From positions 29,018,001-29,082,000 of the forward strand of contig OZ076409.1 in assembly GCA_964187785.1 (NCBI GenBank): DNA of 64,000 nt, in the 5' to 3' direction. This document shows positions 1 to 12,728 of the stretch, piece by piece. Position numbers and translations under genes: made by a program. The notes below the pieces were generated by a model that was not told where the DNA came from, made no database searches, and saw nothing but the letters and a program-made list of their open reading frames with translations. The first letter of the stretch is position 1. Each line of letters begins with the position of its first letter. Source of the stretch: Amphiscolops sp. MND2022. Lineage: Eukaryota.

Positions 1-440
1 TGCAGTCATTCTACACCCAAAGGTGCTCCTGCGTGTGCAATGACATCAAATTCGTATGACGGGAATCTGAGAAACAGCCAAAATTAGTCCAAGAATGACC
101 AAATGACAAAAAATACGTAATTTGTTTTTCAATATTTTAATCTGTTTTCAGCTCATGGGGCTCTGGTTCATAGAGAAATCAAATCTTATTTGCGAGCCCT
201 AAAAATTTGTTGAATTAATACAGGGCGGAAAACATCTCAGTGCTCAGCTTGTTTGAAAAAGCATCGGTTCCTATTGAAAAGAATAATGTTTGACACTGCA
301 TTTTCAAAAAAGCCAGATTGTCAAACATCACAATGTATTGCTGATTTCATAATATTTTTGCGATTTCAAATTCTCTATAATTTCGCTGGATCCAACAATT
401 AATTTGCTGAGCCACAGAGAAAGATTGTTCCATTTTCCAG

Positions 441-3400
441 GGAGGTGCATTTGGAGAGGTCTAAAACAAGAAACGATTCCTTCCGACAGACAACTATTTC
501 GAAGCTGCTTTTCTTCTTCACTTCTTTCTACGACGGACTGCAAGTCTTCTGTTCTTACCATGTCAAGTACGCCAGTTTGGGTGAGTCACATTTAATGCAT
601 CGCGATGTTTGTTTTTAATGAGATGAATAAGCACAAGGTTATGGAAAATACGTTAAATTTTAGTTTGTTTAATATTTGCTGAATGTTGCCTATATGACAA
701 AAAATGCCTGGGAAAAGTCCAAACGCTTTCAATTCAAAAATTTCATTTGGAGATTGTTTTTCCTTTGTAAAGTAAATTCGCACGATCTTCCATGAAATTC
801 ACTCCATGATGCAATCACGTTAAAAAACTTGATAACAAGGGAAAGCTAGCTTTATGCGAGTTCCGTTGACGGCCGGTGTGATTAGTTTCCAGTAGGAAAA
901 TTAATTTTCGGCATTGCCGAAAACGATTAACTGAATGCCGAAAATCGGACAGATTTTGAGTAAATTGTTTGTTCCTGAAAATTTTAACCGAACAAATTTG
1001 TGTATTTTAAACGTATTTTTACAAACTTCCATATCTGAATTTGTACTGAACTGATCATCCTCGTGTTTTTCAGATTCGATATGGGTAAGAACAAAACCTC
1101 GCTGGTAACTTCGTGATCAAGTTTCCCAGCAAAAATTTCTGTCAGTTTTAAAAGCCTTGGATGCGGAGTCGATTTTAGTTCATTGTTCAATTTGGTTACA
1201 TGACATTTCGTCCTATGCAATTTTAACTGTTGCCTTTTCAACCGTTGACAATTTCAACATATTGCATTTTCAACCTTTAGCAATTTCGACCTATACTAAT
1301 TCTGGCTAATTACTCCTGATTTGTTTTAGTAATTATTTCAGTACAATAGTTGGTATGAAACCAAAGTGCTTCAATTATTGGTAATTATCCATGAAGAAGC
1401 CAAAACGAATCAAAACTGGCGTAAAAATTAGCACATTCGAATTTACAAATGTATAAAAATGGAATCACTAATAAAAATTATATAACTAATTAAGATTCAT
1501 TAGCCAAAATTAGTGTAGGTCGAAATTGCGGAAGAAGTCAACGCTTTCATCAGTTTTGTTTAGACTAGCAGCCTTCTAATGAATTGCACCTGGAATGTGG
1601 TTGGTCTTGCTACAGTTGAACGACTTGGAACAAATTGAACGGTGTCAGAACATTTCGTCCTATGCAATTTCAACCTATACAATTTCAACCGTTGCTGTTT
1701 CAACCGTTGACAATTTCAACCTATTGCATTTTCAACCTAGGTAGTAAGACCAACCACATTCCAGACCATGACCATATTGCTGGTGCAATTCATTAGAAGG
1801 CTGCTAGTCTAAACAAAACTGATGAAAGCGTTGACTTCTTCCGCAATTTCGACCTACACTAATTTTGGCTAATGAATCTTAATTAGTTATATAATTTTTA
1901 TTAGTGATTCCATTTTTATACATTTGTAAATTCGAATGTGCTAATTTTTACGCCAGTTTTGATTCGATGTCTTTATTGGATGATTTCTCGAAGTTTCGTT
2001 AACTTTTAACTGATGGCGCTTCTTATTGCGTGAATGCGGGGAAAAATCTTGCGCCAGTGTTTCTAGAATTGTTACATGCTTTGCCCATATGCTTTCAAGA
2101 GTTTTGATCAGCATCAGTCAGGGGCATGTTAAAAACGCATGTTTTAAACATTTTTAACGTTGATTAGCATTACCTTTTGATCTATTTTTAAAGCAATTCA
2201 AAAATTAGTTAATTTTTCAGGTAGAAATGAGTGGTGGTCGACCCCGAGACCCCATTTGGGAATTTTTTAACGAAAGACAAGACCTAGGGGAAGGGAAAAC
2301 AGAGCAGAATGTATTACGTGCAAGAAAGTGATGGTTGGAAACGCCAAACGAAAAATGCGATTAAATTGTTCAAAACAACTTTTTAAGTTTCAGCAGTTTT
2401 TGTTTTCAGTTTTGCTTAATGTTTGATTTTCTTGATTTCATTTTTGATTGTTAAAAACTTGTTTTTAACGTTTTTAACTGTTAAAAACTTGGGAGAGGTG
2501 TTAAAAACCCCACCAAGGCATCAGTGACTCAGCGGCAAATACAAACAAGCCGAGAACGGCCAAAGTCGGCGCTATATCTAAGGCTCAAAATTTTTAAAAG
2601 GGGGACCCTTCGGGCTTTGTGAAACCCCAGCTGGTTGCAAAATAAGAAAAAAAATTGAAGGGGAGCCCTTTGGGGAAAAATTTTACCAAAAAAATTTTTA
2701 ATGAGATTTTTCTAACAGTGTCACAGTGCCGAAAAAAGTTTCAAAAAAAAGTCGCACAGTGCCGAAAAAAGTGGGGCTATGGGGATCCTTAGTGTGATTT
2801 CGAGGTTCTGGACGTCTGTTTTGTTTCTTCTTTTTGTTTTGGACTTCTTTTCATGTTCGACTTGTTGAGGTTCGAAGTTGTTGAGGTTTGAAGTTGTTGA
2901 GGTTTGACGTTGTTGAACAAATGAACAAAAAAGTGGACCTTACGCGTCTAAAAAAAACTACCCACTGTAAGAGTCGGGCACATTTTCTACTAAAATGCGC
3001 CGACTAAAAACATATCCAAAAGTTCAAATTTTTTGACAAGTCGTCCCCTAACAAGTTTTTTGAAACAACGACCTAACATACCAAACTACTAGTGAGGTAT
3101 GAAGTACATGTTGAGGCAAGGGGAGGAACATGGATGGAGGCTGCTTATTTCATCTGTGATAACCGGAAAGACTCCCTCGGGTATTTTGATAGTTTAGGTG
3201 ACCAAAAAGACAAAGAACTGGTCTAAAAAATCATCAATGAAATGAAGTATAGTCTAGTTTTCACCGAAATGGCTTTTATCACCGCTTCAAGTTTTATTCG
3301 CCAGGTTGTTACCGCGAGTGAAGCCGCTGATGATACAAATTGTTGTTTATAAGTTCAATAAAAGTTCCTTCTAGCAAATTGATAATGCCCAAAATGGTGA

Positions 3401-6400
3401 GGATCCGCCAAAAACCGACAGAAAATGCCGAAATTTATTTTTCAGTCTGTTTGGCTCATTTAGAAGACGCGACCAATCTCGCTGGTGACCATTGACCACT
3501 ATTTGGGGTTCTTCTTAAAGTAGGGGAGTAATATCGTCCCTGATTGTCTATATATAAAAACCATCTTTTCTCTAAACCATTCTTTCGCTAACTAGAAAGT
3601 TTTTTGGTTTTCCGGCCATATTCAATGTTTAAAACTTTTCAGTACAGGTTTGGTAAAATATTTTTATGACTAAGCACTCTTAATTTGAGTTGAAAGTGTA
3701 TTTGTTGTTCAAGCCCTGGCCATGCTGTACCTGACAGTGCTCAACTTCAACAGCACAACCAATGGATACATGAAGCTGCAGGGACTGGACGAGTTCTACT
3801 TATCACTCATAATGGCAGCCAGTTAGTGCTGGTCTAAATCTTGCTTTCTATCAATTTTGACACCGCCAATTAGCGGTCGCGCAGTTATTTTTCAGCGATT
3901 CTATTAGCGATTCAAATTAGCGGCAACTAATGGATTGTCCAATTTCCTCGGAAAATACACGAGTTTCAAAATGAATTTCAAAAAAAATCCAACTCTTCAT
4001 CACACATACAATATCAAAACATTTCTTGCAAAAATTGAATTAAGTTATTGTTTATAGTTTGAAAAAAGTTTTTCAGTGAAATAGCGATTTTTAATTAGCG
4101 GTTTAGCGATTGGCGAAAAAGATAGCGATGTCAAAACTCTGCGTTCTATCCAATTTTGCTGAGAAATCTTAAATTCGCTTTTTAGACTTGTTTTGAGTGT
4201 TTGTAATGTTTTGACACTGACCAAAAATTATTACAGAATGAGTGTGAATGCTACCACGTTTCAAGTTCAGACGTGTCATTTCATCGCCCTGAAAAAGTCA
4301 TGTGGAATCTAACAAAAGTAAAAAAGACTTTTGTATCTGGGAACAATAGCATCAATTTTTGTACGAGAGATCGCAATTATCATGAAGTGATTACAGATTA
4401 ATTCATGCAGAACTACTAATTTGCAATGCATTCTGACTGCACAATATGACATGCAATGGATACCATTGCCAACGTGACTATATTAGTTACCCTATAGAAT
4501 TGCATAGTTCTTACTTGTGATGAACGAAAAGTCTCTTACTCCAGCTCTGCGCACGGCTTTTTTGCTTGATCTCAATCATGTTTCCAGGAGCTTAAAAGCT
4601 TTCTCAATGTTGTATCTACTGTTTTGCTCAGGTTTTAAAAAATATATTTCCAGGCTCGGTGAGTGGCGTGTTGGGCACAATCCTGTTTCCATTCCTCAAA
4701 AACGGGGTGGGTCTTCGTCGAGCCACGTTGTGTGGAAGTATCATGCAGATCATATGTATCACCTTTTCGGTCATTTCCTTCTTCTTCCCCGGAAGTCTCT
4801 GGCACGTGATGACAGACTCTTCCAGTACCGACAATACACAGTCCTCTCAGTTGACAGATTCTTCTGCCGCTGCTCAGAACCAGAGTTCTATCGAAGCATC
4901 TGTCTCTACTGTTGGCCCATTAGCAGTCAGTTCAATTAAACCTACCCAATCAGACTCTCTCTGTTCTGTGATCGTTTTCGCTTGTGGAATTGCTTTTTCT
5001 AGAGCAGGTTAGAAGGCGTCGGATGCTTGGGGTCGGGTTTGAGAATTTGCTACTTGCCGACTGGTCCTGCGTCTGGTCCTGCGGTGAAAATCACCCACGT
5101 CCCCTGTAATTGATATTCTCCTGCAATCAAACTGGACCTCGTTTGGCGAGTCTCAATGTTAAATCGTAATGATTACAGTGAAAAAGAAATGGGACATGAA
5201 GCAAAATGATTTAAAATGCACGAACACTCAAAAAGCAATAAAAAATGAGCTTGACAAATTTTTCTTGAAATTTCATGTAGTTTAAAATGGTGTTTATTTG
5301 GAATTTTTATCACCAATATAATATGAATTTTCAAATTTTTTTGGACTGGGTTAAGGTCTCGACTTTTGACATTTTGAGTGCTTAAACTTGATGCAATATC
5401 TGCTTTTAATATACCTAAAATACGCTTATCATCCGTTTATCACCCTTAGTGTTTTAGTTTTTTCGAAATAAACTTTCGTAGAAAATCAAATATCCCGAAG
5501 AAGTATTTCTATAATCTTAATACATGTAGAATGAATCGAAAACGTAAATTTTTTTTGCTTCCATTGTCAGCATTGAAAAGCTGAAGCTTCTATAGACGCC
5601 TATTTTGAGGTGATTTGAATTTTAATATGTGCTTGTTTTTTTTTATTTTTATGGCAAACTGAAGGCAACTTTCTGCATATTGTTGGACATGAAGCTCGCG
5701 TAAATGATGATTTCTAATATCAACGCATTCTTCACCATTGCTCTTCAAACTTACCTCAACATTTCTGTAGGTTTGTGGATCTTTGACCTCGGGGTCAGTC
5801 AGATGACCCAGGAAACTGTGCAGGAGAATGAGCGGGGCAAGTTCTCTGCCTTCCAGCAGTGCTTGAACTCCATCTTCGACCTCATCTACCTCGTGTTGGT
5901 CATTATCCTTCCCTTCGCAGACACTTACGCATGGCTTGGATTCGTCTCTTATTCATCCATCATAGGAGGTAACACGTGTCCTCAAGTTTCAGCTTTATCA
6001 TACGCTATTTGAATTAACGTAAAAAATGGTACTTTTTTGAATGGACGAAAAAGTTTTCGAAGTCATCCAAAAATCTGGTGCTTAAACTTTAAATCGCAAA
6101 ATATGAACTGTTCGAGTCCGACAAACGATTTATAGCGCGTTCGAAAGAAGTCAATTAGGGCTTTCAAATTGAACCTGAACTGTTGGACTGGGGGCCCCTG
6201 GCGCACAAGATTTTTTGAGCGAAATTCTCTTCGGGGCGGCTTTGCCGCACAGACTCGGGACTTTGCGCGAAAACCTTGCACGCCTGGTTTCTCTGAAAGC
6301 AATTCAGTATCTTCCAAACATGCCAGGGCCGCTGCGACCCAACCTTCATACAAGTGGGATAAAATGGCCACAAACGGAAACAGGAAAATCCGAAAATGTG

Positions 6401-7092
6401 CACTCAGTTTTTTTTCCTTTTTTTTCGTCCTGGTTTCTTGATTTCAGAGACATCAACTTAATAATTCGGGAATTGCGTGTAATGCTGTAATATTGTCTAA
6501 AAATCTTATTCAAGAGTTTTTGTTTTCATATGTCCAGCTAGTGCCTTCAGAAGTTTGCCGAAAATAATTGGTACGAATTTGTCCCAATCGTCCATTCAGG
6601 GTTATTCAGATGAAAATTCAGTTTGAAATTGAGATTTTGTTCTTGGCAAAAAGCTCTAGTTTTGACCGAACGTTTGAGAGAGATGCAAAAGTTTGGGATT
6701 TATTCAATATCCTAGTCGCCCCCTTGTATACAAATCTTGTTCAGCAAAAGATTCCTCGTTCATTTTCATCTTTACTCGTATTCCTGAGATACTTTTCCCA
6801 AAAAGTTGCAAGAACTTTGCAAACATGCATTTTTGTTTTAGCTTTCTTCGTTTTGTTCTACTATGTCCGGTCGGAGGGTGTCACTTTGTGCCCGTGCAAT
6901 CCCCTTTCCAGCTCCAAGAGCAACATCCACGTGCACGTGCCGGACGACCAGCTGCCGCCCATGGATATCCAGAATGAGAACGGGGCACTGGACTCTGGGG
7001 CCCACGTGAACATAAACACAGTCACTGGAAATGTGTCTCTCATGGTCAACCAGAACTACACTCCCGTGAAACAGGCCGAGGAAAATTGCTAA
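441..7092 (+). CDS. SLC40A1: Ferroportin / SLC40A1-like iron exporter, 3' part; exons 441-580, 3714-3821, 4654-5007, 5771-5968, 6842-7092 (5' exons lie upstream of the window)
   Basis: All junctions are GT-AG and phase-compatible (ttccag|441, 580|gtgagt, aag|3714, 3821|gttagt, ccag|4654, 5007|gttaga, gtag|5771, 5968|gtaaca, ttag|6842). The spliced protein ...FYDGLQVFCSYHVKYASLALAMLYLTVLNFNSTTNGYMKLQGL...SGVLGTILFPFL...FFFPGS...SRAGLWIFDLGVSQMTQETVQENERGKFSAFQQCLNSIFDLIY... parallels the ferroportin motifs LAFLYMTVLGFDCITTGY and [25 protein letters not shown]. Confidence 0.93.
1194..1966. mobile_element. Mutator-type MITE (same family as 26382-26828) rearranged by an inverted duplication
   Basis: Ends GGTTACATGACATTTCG (1194) and GGTGTCAGAACATTTCG (1641), with 15-bp CAATTTCAACC subterminal repeats. 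GTTCAATTT at 1185-1193 recurs as its reverse complement at 1632-1640 (9-bp TSD). Arms 1406-1590 and 1782-1966 are reverse complements. Confidence 0.8.
2119..2517 (+). mobile_element. Internally deleted hAT-type element with a BED zinc-finger remnant
   Basis: Perfect 8-bp TSD GCATCAGT (2111-2118, 2518-2525); starts CAGGGG. Region ~2227-2360 translates with one frameshift to MSGGRPRDPIWEFF...RAECITCKKVMVGNAKR, a BED-finger-like N-terminus. Confidence 0.7.
2545..3010 (-). mobile_element. Helentron/DINE-1-like non-autonomous element
   Basis: ACAAG..AAGTCGGCGC at one end and GAGTCGGGC..GCGCCGACTAAAAA at the other form subterminal inverted repeats plus a stem-loop. The same ends recur near 10670, 18517, 22904, 24567, 25610 and 29433. 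Confidence 0.6.
3852..4141. mobile_element. hAT-type MITE in ferroportin intron
   Basis: Terminal inverted repeats CAATTTTGACACCGC / GCGATGTCAAAACTCTG, internal TTAGCG repeats, and an 8-bp TSD CTTTCTAT / CGTTCTAT (1 mismatch). Confidence 0.6.
6064..6457. repeat. Dispersed repeat, copy 1 (copy 2 at 16869-17285)
   Basis: Shared blocks CATCCAAAAATCTGGTG, GTCCGACAAACGATTTAT, GGACTGGGGGCCC, GCGGCTTTGCCGCAC and GAGACATCAA in the same order. Confidence 0.75.
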
Positions 7093-8663
7093 TTTAAATC
7101 AGTCGGTGCAAACTCATTTCATCAATCCAGATATATACGCGACAGTGACAAACCATTTCCAATTGTATTTTGTAATTCTTATCCACAGTAGCATGTTTTA
7201 GAATGACTTCATAATACTTTTCTGGTTCGTTCTGTAAATAATTTGATCATAAATTAAGAATCGCAGCAAAAGATGAATTTTTGTTCGAGAATGATTGAGC
7301 CATATTGTTAGAGAAAATCGTGAAGTTGACGCCATTTCAGAATGTTACAAAAGATGCCACATAATCGACAAGGTTTTATGCACCAGTCTGGTTAAAGATA
7401 TTGCCAGCTTATTTCGAATCTTTCTGTGCTCATTCTGTTGACAAACTTAACAAAATCGTAATTTCTAGTGGAAAAATTTCTGTTGCGATTAGTAATGCAT
7501 GGAGCAATTTGAAGGCAGTTATGAATACTAATCCTGGAAAAAAACCATTTTTAATCTGAATTGAATACAAAAATGTTTTTAGGTATTCCTAACATCCTCT
7601 CCCAACGACACGCCGTATTGAGTATTTTAGTCGAGTGACTGTGGGCGGTTGTCCCAGATTCAACCAAATGGTAAGCGTCCTATTTGTAATACATATTCAG
7701 GTGTCACTAACTTACACACTTTGCCAAAGTGAATTCCAGTCAAAATGTGTAACAGGTTTGAAAGAAAATGATGAATGCTTCAGAGTGGAAAACAGTCAAA
7801 GTTATTACTAACTTACACACTTTGATTGTTTTTCTTTTTGATAGTGAATTCCAGTGAAAATGTGTATCAGTCTAATGTGTAAAATAATCAACTTCCGTCT
7901 TCGTGTGTGAAGTGGAAACCAGTCAAAGTACGTAATAGTAGAGAGTATAAAGTAGTCATTTAATGTAGTTTGATCACTACGCGTAATGCCAAATAGTGCA
8001 ACGAGCAAAACTCGTAACGCGTATCAGAAATAAGAACGCGTTCCTATTGGCTGGTAATCGAACTAGCAAGGTCTTGCTAGTTCGTTGCGGCATATGTATC
8101 GTAATGCGCATTGAAAATAGTTGCACTTTTAGATAGATCATATATGTCGGTTCAGTATCAAAGACGCGTAGAACTTCTTTTTATTCTCTGCAAACCCAAA
8201 TGAAAACCTAATGATTGAACAAGTTATGAAAAACATCATACCAAGATGGACAAGTTGGGAGGCACCCTTAGGACTCAAAAAGGCATTTTGAATATGTTCC
8301 AGTGATGTTTAAAAAAGTTAGTGATAAACGAGAAATGGACGTATGATTCCAACAGTTCTCTCGCTCGCTGCCAAAATTTCTCAAGTCTGGGAAAGCTCTT
8401 CGAAAACATCATAGTTGTTTCCTGTTTCTGAAGTTTCAATTATTTTTATTTTCACTAAAAAATTTCAAAGATCGGAGCAAGAAATCTTTTCTTCGGAGAC
8501 AGTTTTTTCGTACAAACTTTTCGAGAATATATTATCGAAAATTGGACTCGAAAGTCAAAAGGAAAATCGATACAGACGCGAAAATAGGAAGTCAAATATT
8601 CATTTGAACAATCTGAATGTTTCCGCACAAACAAGTTTGCTTAGCACCAGGCCTTTTCCGCCC

Positions 8664-9114
8664 GATTACCAGAAAACTCAACACAAGAAAACTCAACACA
8701 AAACTCAACACATTTTAAGCATTTAATAATCGTGATATATATTATACATCTATATTCCTTGTTCGTCCGGCTCATAATTTATGCATTTTTCTAAAGTATT
8801 CGTGTTTGCGTTTAAACTTCTATCGTTTTGTTTCATGGTTTGGGCCAATGTTAACGTTTCAACGTGAAAAACAGTTTAATATAGGAAAGAATCGCAATCA
8901 TGACTAGGTGTAAAGGAAATTATACGTCTTTATATGTTTTTAAAGTGAGTCGCAATTGTGACTAAGTGTAAATGGAAATAATACGGATTTAACAATTAGT
9001 TAGATTTCGGAAAATAAACTTAATTGAGGTGTTAACTGAAGTTAATTAAATGTGTTGAGTTTTTGTGTTGATTTTTTTGTGTTGAATTTTCATGTGTTGA
9101 GTTTTCCGTACCCC
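8664..9114. mobile_element. Mutator-type MITE with AAAACTCAACAC subterminal repeats
   Basis: Inverted arrays AAAACTCAACAC (left) and GTGTTGAGTTTT (right); 8-bp TSD TTCCGCCC at 8656-8663 and 9115-9122. Confidence 0.8.
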
Positions 9115-10557
9115 TTCCGCCCCGCATATTTTCGTCGACATGTTTTCAGCCAATTAATTTTCAGCGAACTTGCAAAAAAATGTTTTGATACTTTTTGGTT
9201 AATTTTGTCGCCCTTCTGTTGAAAAGAAACTATAATTCTTTGTACAAGATGATTTGGTCTTGAATTGCTCCCTGTTGTTTCTAAAATTTTTGTTTCCTCC
9301 AAAGATGTTATAGTCACGTAGAACTTCCTCTTTCTATTCTCTGCAAACACAAATGAAAACCTTATGAATGAACAAACTATGAAAAACATCACCGTACCAA
9401 GATGCACAAGCCGGGAACAGCCCTTAAGAGTCAAAAAGCGGCCTTTCAAATGTTCCAGTGATGTTTTAGACAGAAAATGTGCTTGACTATTACGACGACA
9501 ATTTTCTCTCCAAGACCGCTGAGCTCAAACGTTTTACAGACTTTCGCGGTAAAGTCCCGACACTTGGCCTGATGGTTGATGACATGCATGCTTCCAAAGC
9601 AGAAGCACAGGACTCGATTTTGTTTTCATAAATGGGATCGAATGGTCCCATTTTGTTTTTTTCTCACAAATTGCTCATAGCAATTTTAAAACACTTAGCG
9701 TTTTTAAAACAATAAGCATGACGCAGATTTTAAACGTTCTTCTCTTGTCATGACAATTAGACATATCCTAAAATTAGAGATCGAAAACTTGCTAAATTTT
9801 TTCACTTCATGGTTCAAAGAATTCCATGTTCGTATATGAGAAATATGTTTATCTCTGGATATTTGTACCCACAGAAAGATCCAGAAGATTTATCAAAAAG
9901 TGCAAAAAAAGCTTATTTCAGGCAATTTCTCCAAAAATAACATTTTATGTCCTACAAAAATAGGCTGAGGGCAATAATGTTTTGCTGTTGAACTAACTGG
10001 AAATTAAAAGCTACTGAAATCAACTTGAAAAAATTTGCAACAACTGGTCTAATGATGAAAAATTTGAAACGTTTCTGTTCGTTGTAAGCTTTTTTTCCAT
10101 TAAGTTTTCATATTTTCCACATATCCCAAGTTTTGAATTGTTGTTGACAATTTTAGTTCACCATCGTTTCAAGAGTATGCTAATTGTACTTAATTGTCTT
10201 GCAGTTGAATGTTGGATATTAATCATCACAAAGATTTTGAAATGTTCAAAAATTGTTTCGAAAGTGGGAAAAATGGTCAGAATATGTAAGAAAAAAGATT
10301 CGTTTTGCAGTACTGAACAAAAATTTCAGATTGTTTTTCAAAAAGCATGTTTTCGAATTTGTGGAATTTCATACAGTGGAGCATCCTAAAAGTTCTCTTT
10401 TGAACTGATAGTTGTTTTGTCAAATTCTGTGATTTTGATACCCATTGAAACTCTAGAAAATTGTGCAATAGTTCTTTAACCCGGTTTTGTTATTTTCCGC
10501 CCTCACAAATTAAAGTAAATAAATAGCTATCAGTTAGCACTTAATTTAGTTACTTTT

Positions 10558-10617
10558 GCTCAGTTGGTAGTGCGTCTGCCTGGCAGGCACGAGGTCGTGG
10601 GTTCGAACCCGTGCTGA
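10558..10617 (+). pseudogene. tRNA-derived sequence (Ala-GGC-like anticodon loop); pseudo-tRNA or SINE head
   Basis: A-box/D-arm GCTCAGTTGGTAGTGC, anticodon loop CTGGCAG, T-arm/B-box GTGGGTTCGAACCCG. No pairing acceptor stem is visible. Confidence 0.6.
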
Positions 10618-11245
10618 TGGGTTACATTTTTAGCGGAAAATATCCCGGTGCTTAGCGGACATCTTGTTGTTTTTAGTCGGCGCTTTTCTTTAGGCTTTTT
10701 GTCTGTTTTTGCGATACACCTGATCTGTCCAAAATGCTTCACCAAAAGTTCTTCAATTTTGGCAATGTCCCTTTTGGCAATCTACATAATATATTTGAGC
10801 TGTAAAAAGTGCTAAGGAGTTCTTTTCGACAATAACGCAACCCATAACGGATATATTGCAATCCGGATGTAACGAATTCCGGATATAGCGTATACCGGAT
10901 ATCATGCTTCTTGAAGATTTTTTAAAAGCTAGAAAAGGGCCCCCTTCAATTTTTAGAATATTTAGAGTTGATACGAAATCATTTAAAGCCAATCAACGTG
11001 TCCCTCCTTTGGATTTGTTTTCGGTATTGTGACTTCTTAATGTATCCTCCCGCGTTCATAGCTGATTTTGGCTTCAGAAAAGGTAGTTCTGCGAGCTGAA
11101 AGGTCCTTTTTTGCCATTATGAGACTTATCGAAAAAAATTGTGCGTATCCTTTGGGGTATTTTTCGGCACTGCGAAGTTGATAAAAGTTTTAAAACTGTC
11201 CTTTGCATATTCAAAAAACTTAGTTTACTTAACTTAGTAAGTTAG

Positions 11246-11460
11246 TTACTTAGTTACTAGTTCACTGAGAACTTGCTGGATACTTTCAAAGCAATGATTG
11301 CAAAACGACATTGTCACAAATTATTGATTCAATGGGTGAAATATTGACAGATTACTTAGTTACTAGTTCACTGAGAACTTGCTGGATACTTTCAAAGCAA
11401 TGATTGCAAAACGACATTGTCACAAATTATTGATTCAATGGGTGAAATATTGACAGATTA
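11246..11460. repeat. 106-bp direct tandem duplication, with an older imperfect duplication at ~11435-11740
   Basis: TTACTTAGTTACTAGTTCACTGAG... starts at both 11246 and 11352. Confidence 0.85.
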
Positions 11461-11742
11461 TTCAGTATTTAGCGAAGAGATCATTAACAAATGAGAAGGG
11501 AAAGAAAGGTAGTTCTTTTGACATCTTTCAGAGGGCTAGGGTTTCTAGTATTTCGAATCTATTCTTTTGAGATATTCATATTCAAGTGATATAGTTTTGA
11601 TCTTCAATGGGCGAAATATTGATAGATATGGCAGTATTCAGCAGAGAGATCATTAACAAATAAGGGAAAGAAAAGGTATTTGTTTTGACTTCTTTCAGAA
11701 GACTAGGATTTCTAGTTTATCGAACCTATTCTTTGGAGAAGT

Positions 11743-12547
11743 TCAGAACAACCAATAAAGGAGTCGTGATTCAAGTAATAAATCAAGGAAACAAACGGAG
11801 CTAAAGCTGTTCACTGGAGGGGAATCACATTGTTCTGGAATTGTATCCTGGTAGTCCTCAGAGCATTGTGTCCGCTCAGAAAATGATGTCACATTATTTG
11901 AAATCCTCAGCCGTCTTTTTATCCACTCTAGAGGTTCGGGGACAGGTAGAAGGAACTGCACTTTTCCGTCCACGCTGTTCAAGATAGCATGACTAGCATT
12001 CAAAAATGTTTTCACGTAGCCTGCGTGCAGAAATATTGTGCCATTTTGCTTCGGTCCCTGTGTTAATGAAGTGTGAAAATTCCATACGTAATCAAGCTCT
12101 TGTTCGGTGCGGGGATAAAAGAGAGTTGCTTGTTTTTCATTACACGCTGACACTTGTTCACTGAAGTTAAGTCCATCCCCTGAATGTTGGATCAAAAAGA
12201 AACAGCGCCGAAGAGATAATTCTCAAGACCCTGGTTCATGCTACATGAAACCTTGGGATTTATAGTCGGCGGGAAAAGATCTAGATGGCTAGAGATTGTC
12301 AGCCTGGCATGCTGAAGTGGTACTTTTGTTGCTTGCAGTTTCGTAAATACTACATTGGCTCGACTCTTTGCAAAAAACACGACAAGAATACTGATGAAGA
12401 TGAGTTTCCCGAAAAACAAAACCCCGACACAAACGCGAAAGAGAACTTTTTTCACTCTGCTTTCATCAACTTTTGAGTTGAGGTTCTGTGCCACGGTTGA
12501 CAGCTTCAAAATATTTCCAAAAGAAAGTTCTGTGCCACCGTTGACAG
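11743..12547 (-). CDS. Putative terminal exon: hydrophobic segment plus C-type-lectin-like domain, with a 1-nt frameshift near 12210
   Basis: ORFs 12192-12596 and 11743-12195 join with one added base into ...VLFRVCVGVLFFGKLIFISILVVFF...SCSMNQGLENYLF/RRCFFLIQHSGDGLNFSEQVSACNEKQATLFYPRTEQELDYVW...SVC. This matches the C-x-CY/F-x-F..A...C...A.L...E...V pattern of lectin-like folds. A pyrimidine-rich AG acceptor lies at 12549-12548. Confidence 0.5.
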
Positions 12548-12728
12548 CTTCAATAAATTTCCAGAGAAAAATATAAAGAAAAACAGTTTTCTTCAATTAC
12601 AACAACTGAAAAACTCTTTTCGCCCAGTTTTTCTCCAGATTGTATATTTTTTATTATTTCTGCGATCACAATTGGAACCTCAAGATATCAACTTTTCAGT
12701 AAAATTCTCGTCGTGGTACCGAAAAATC

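Noticed and set aside
3446..3520. Possible extra ferroportin exon (TTTCAG..GTAGGG)
   Set aside because: All three frames contain stops, and exons 441-580 and 3714-3821 already join in frame.
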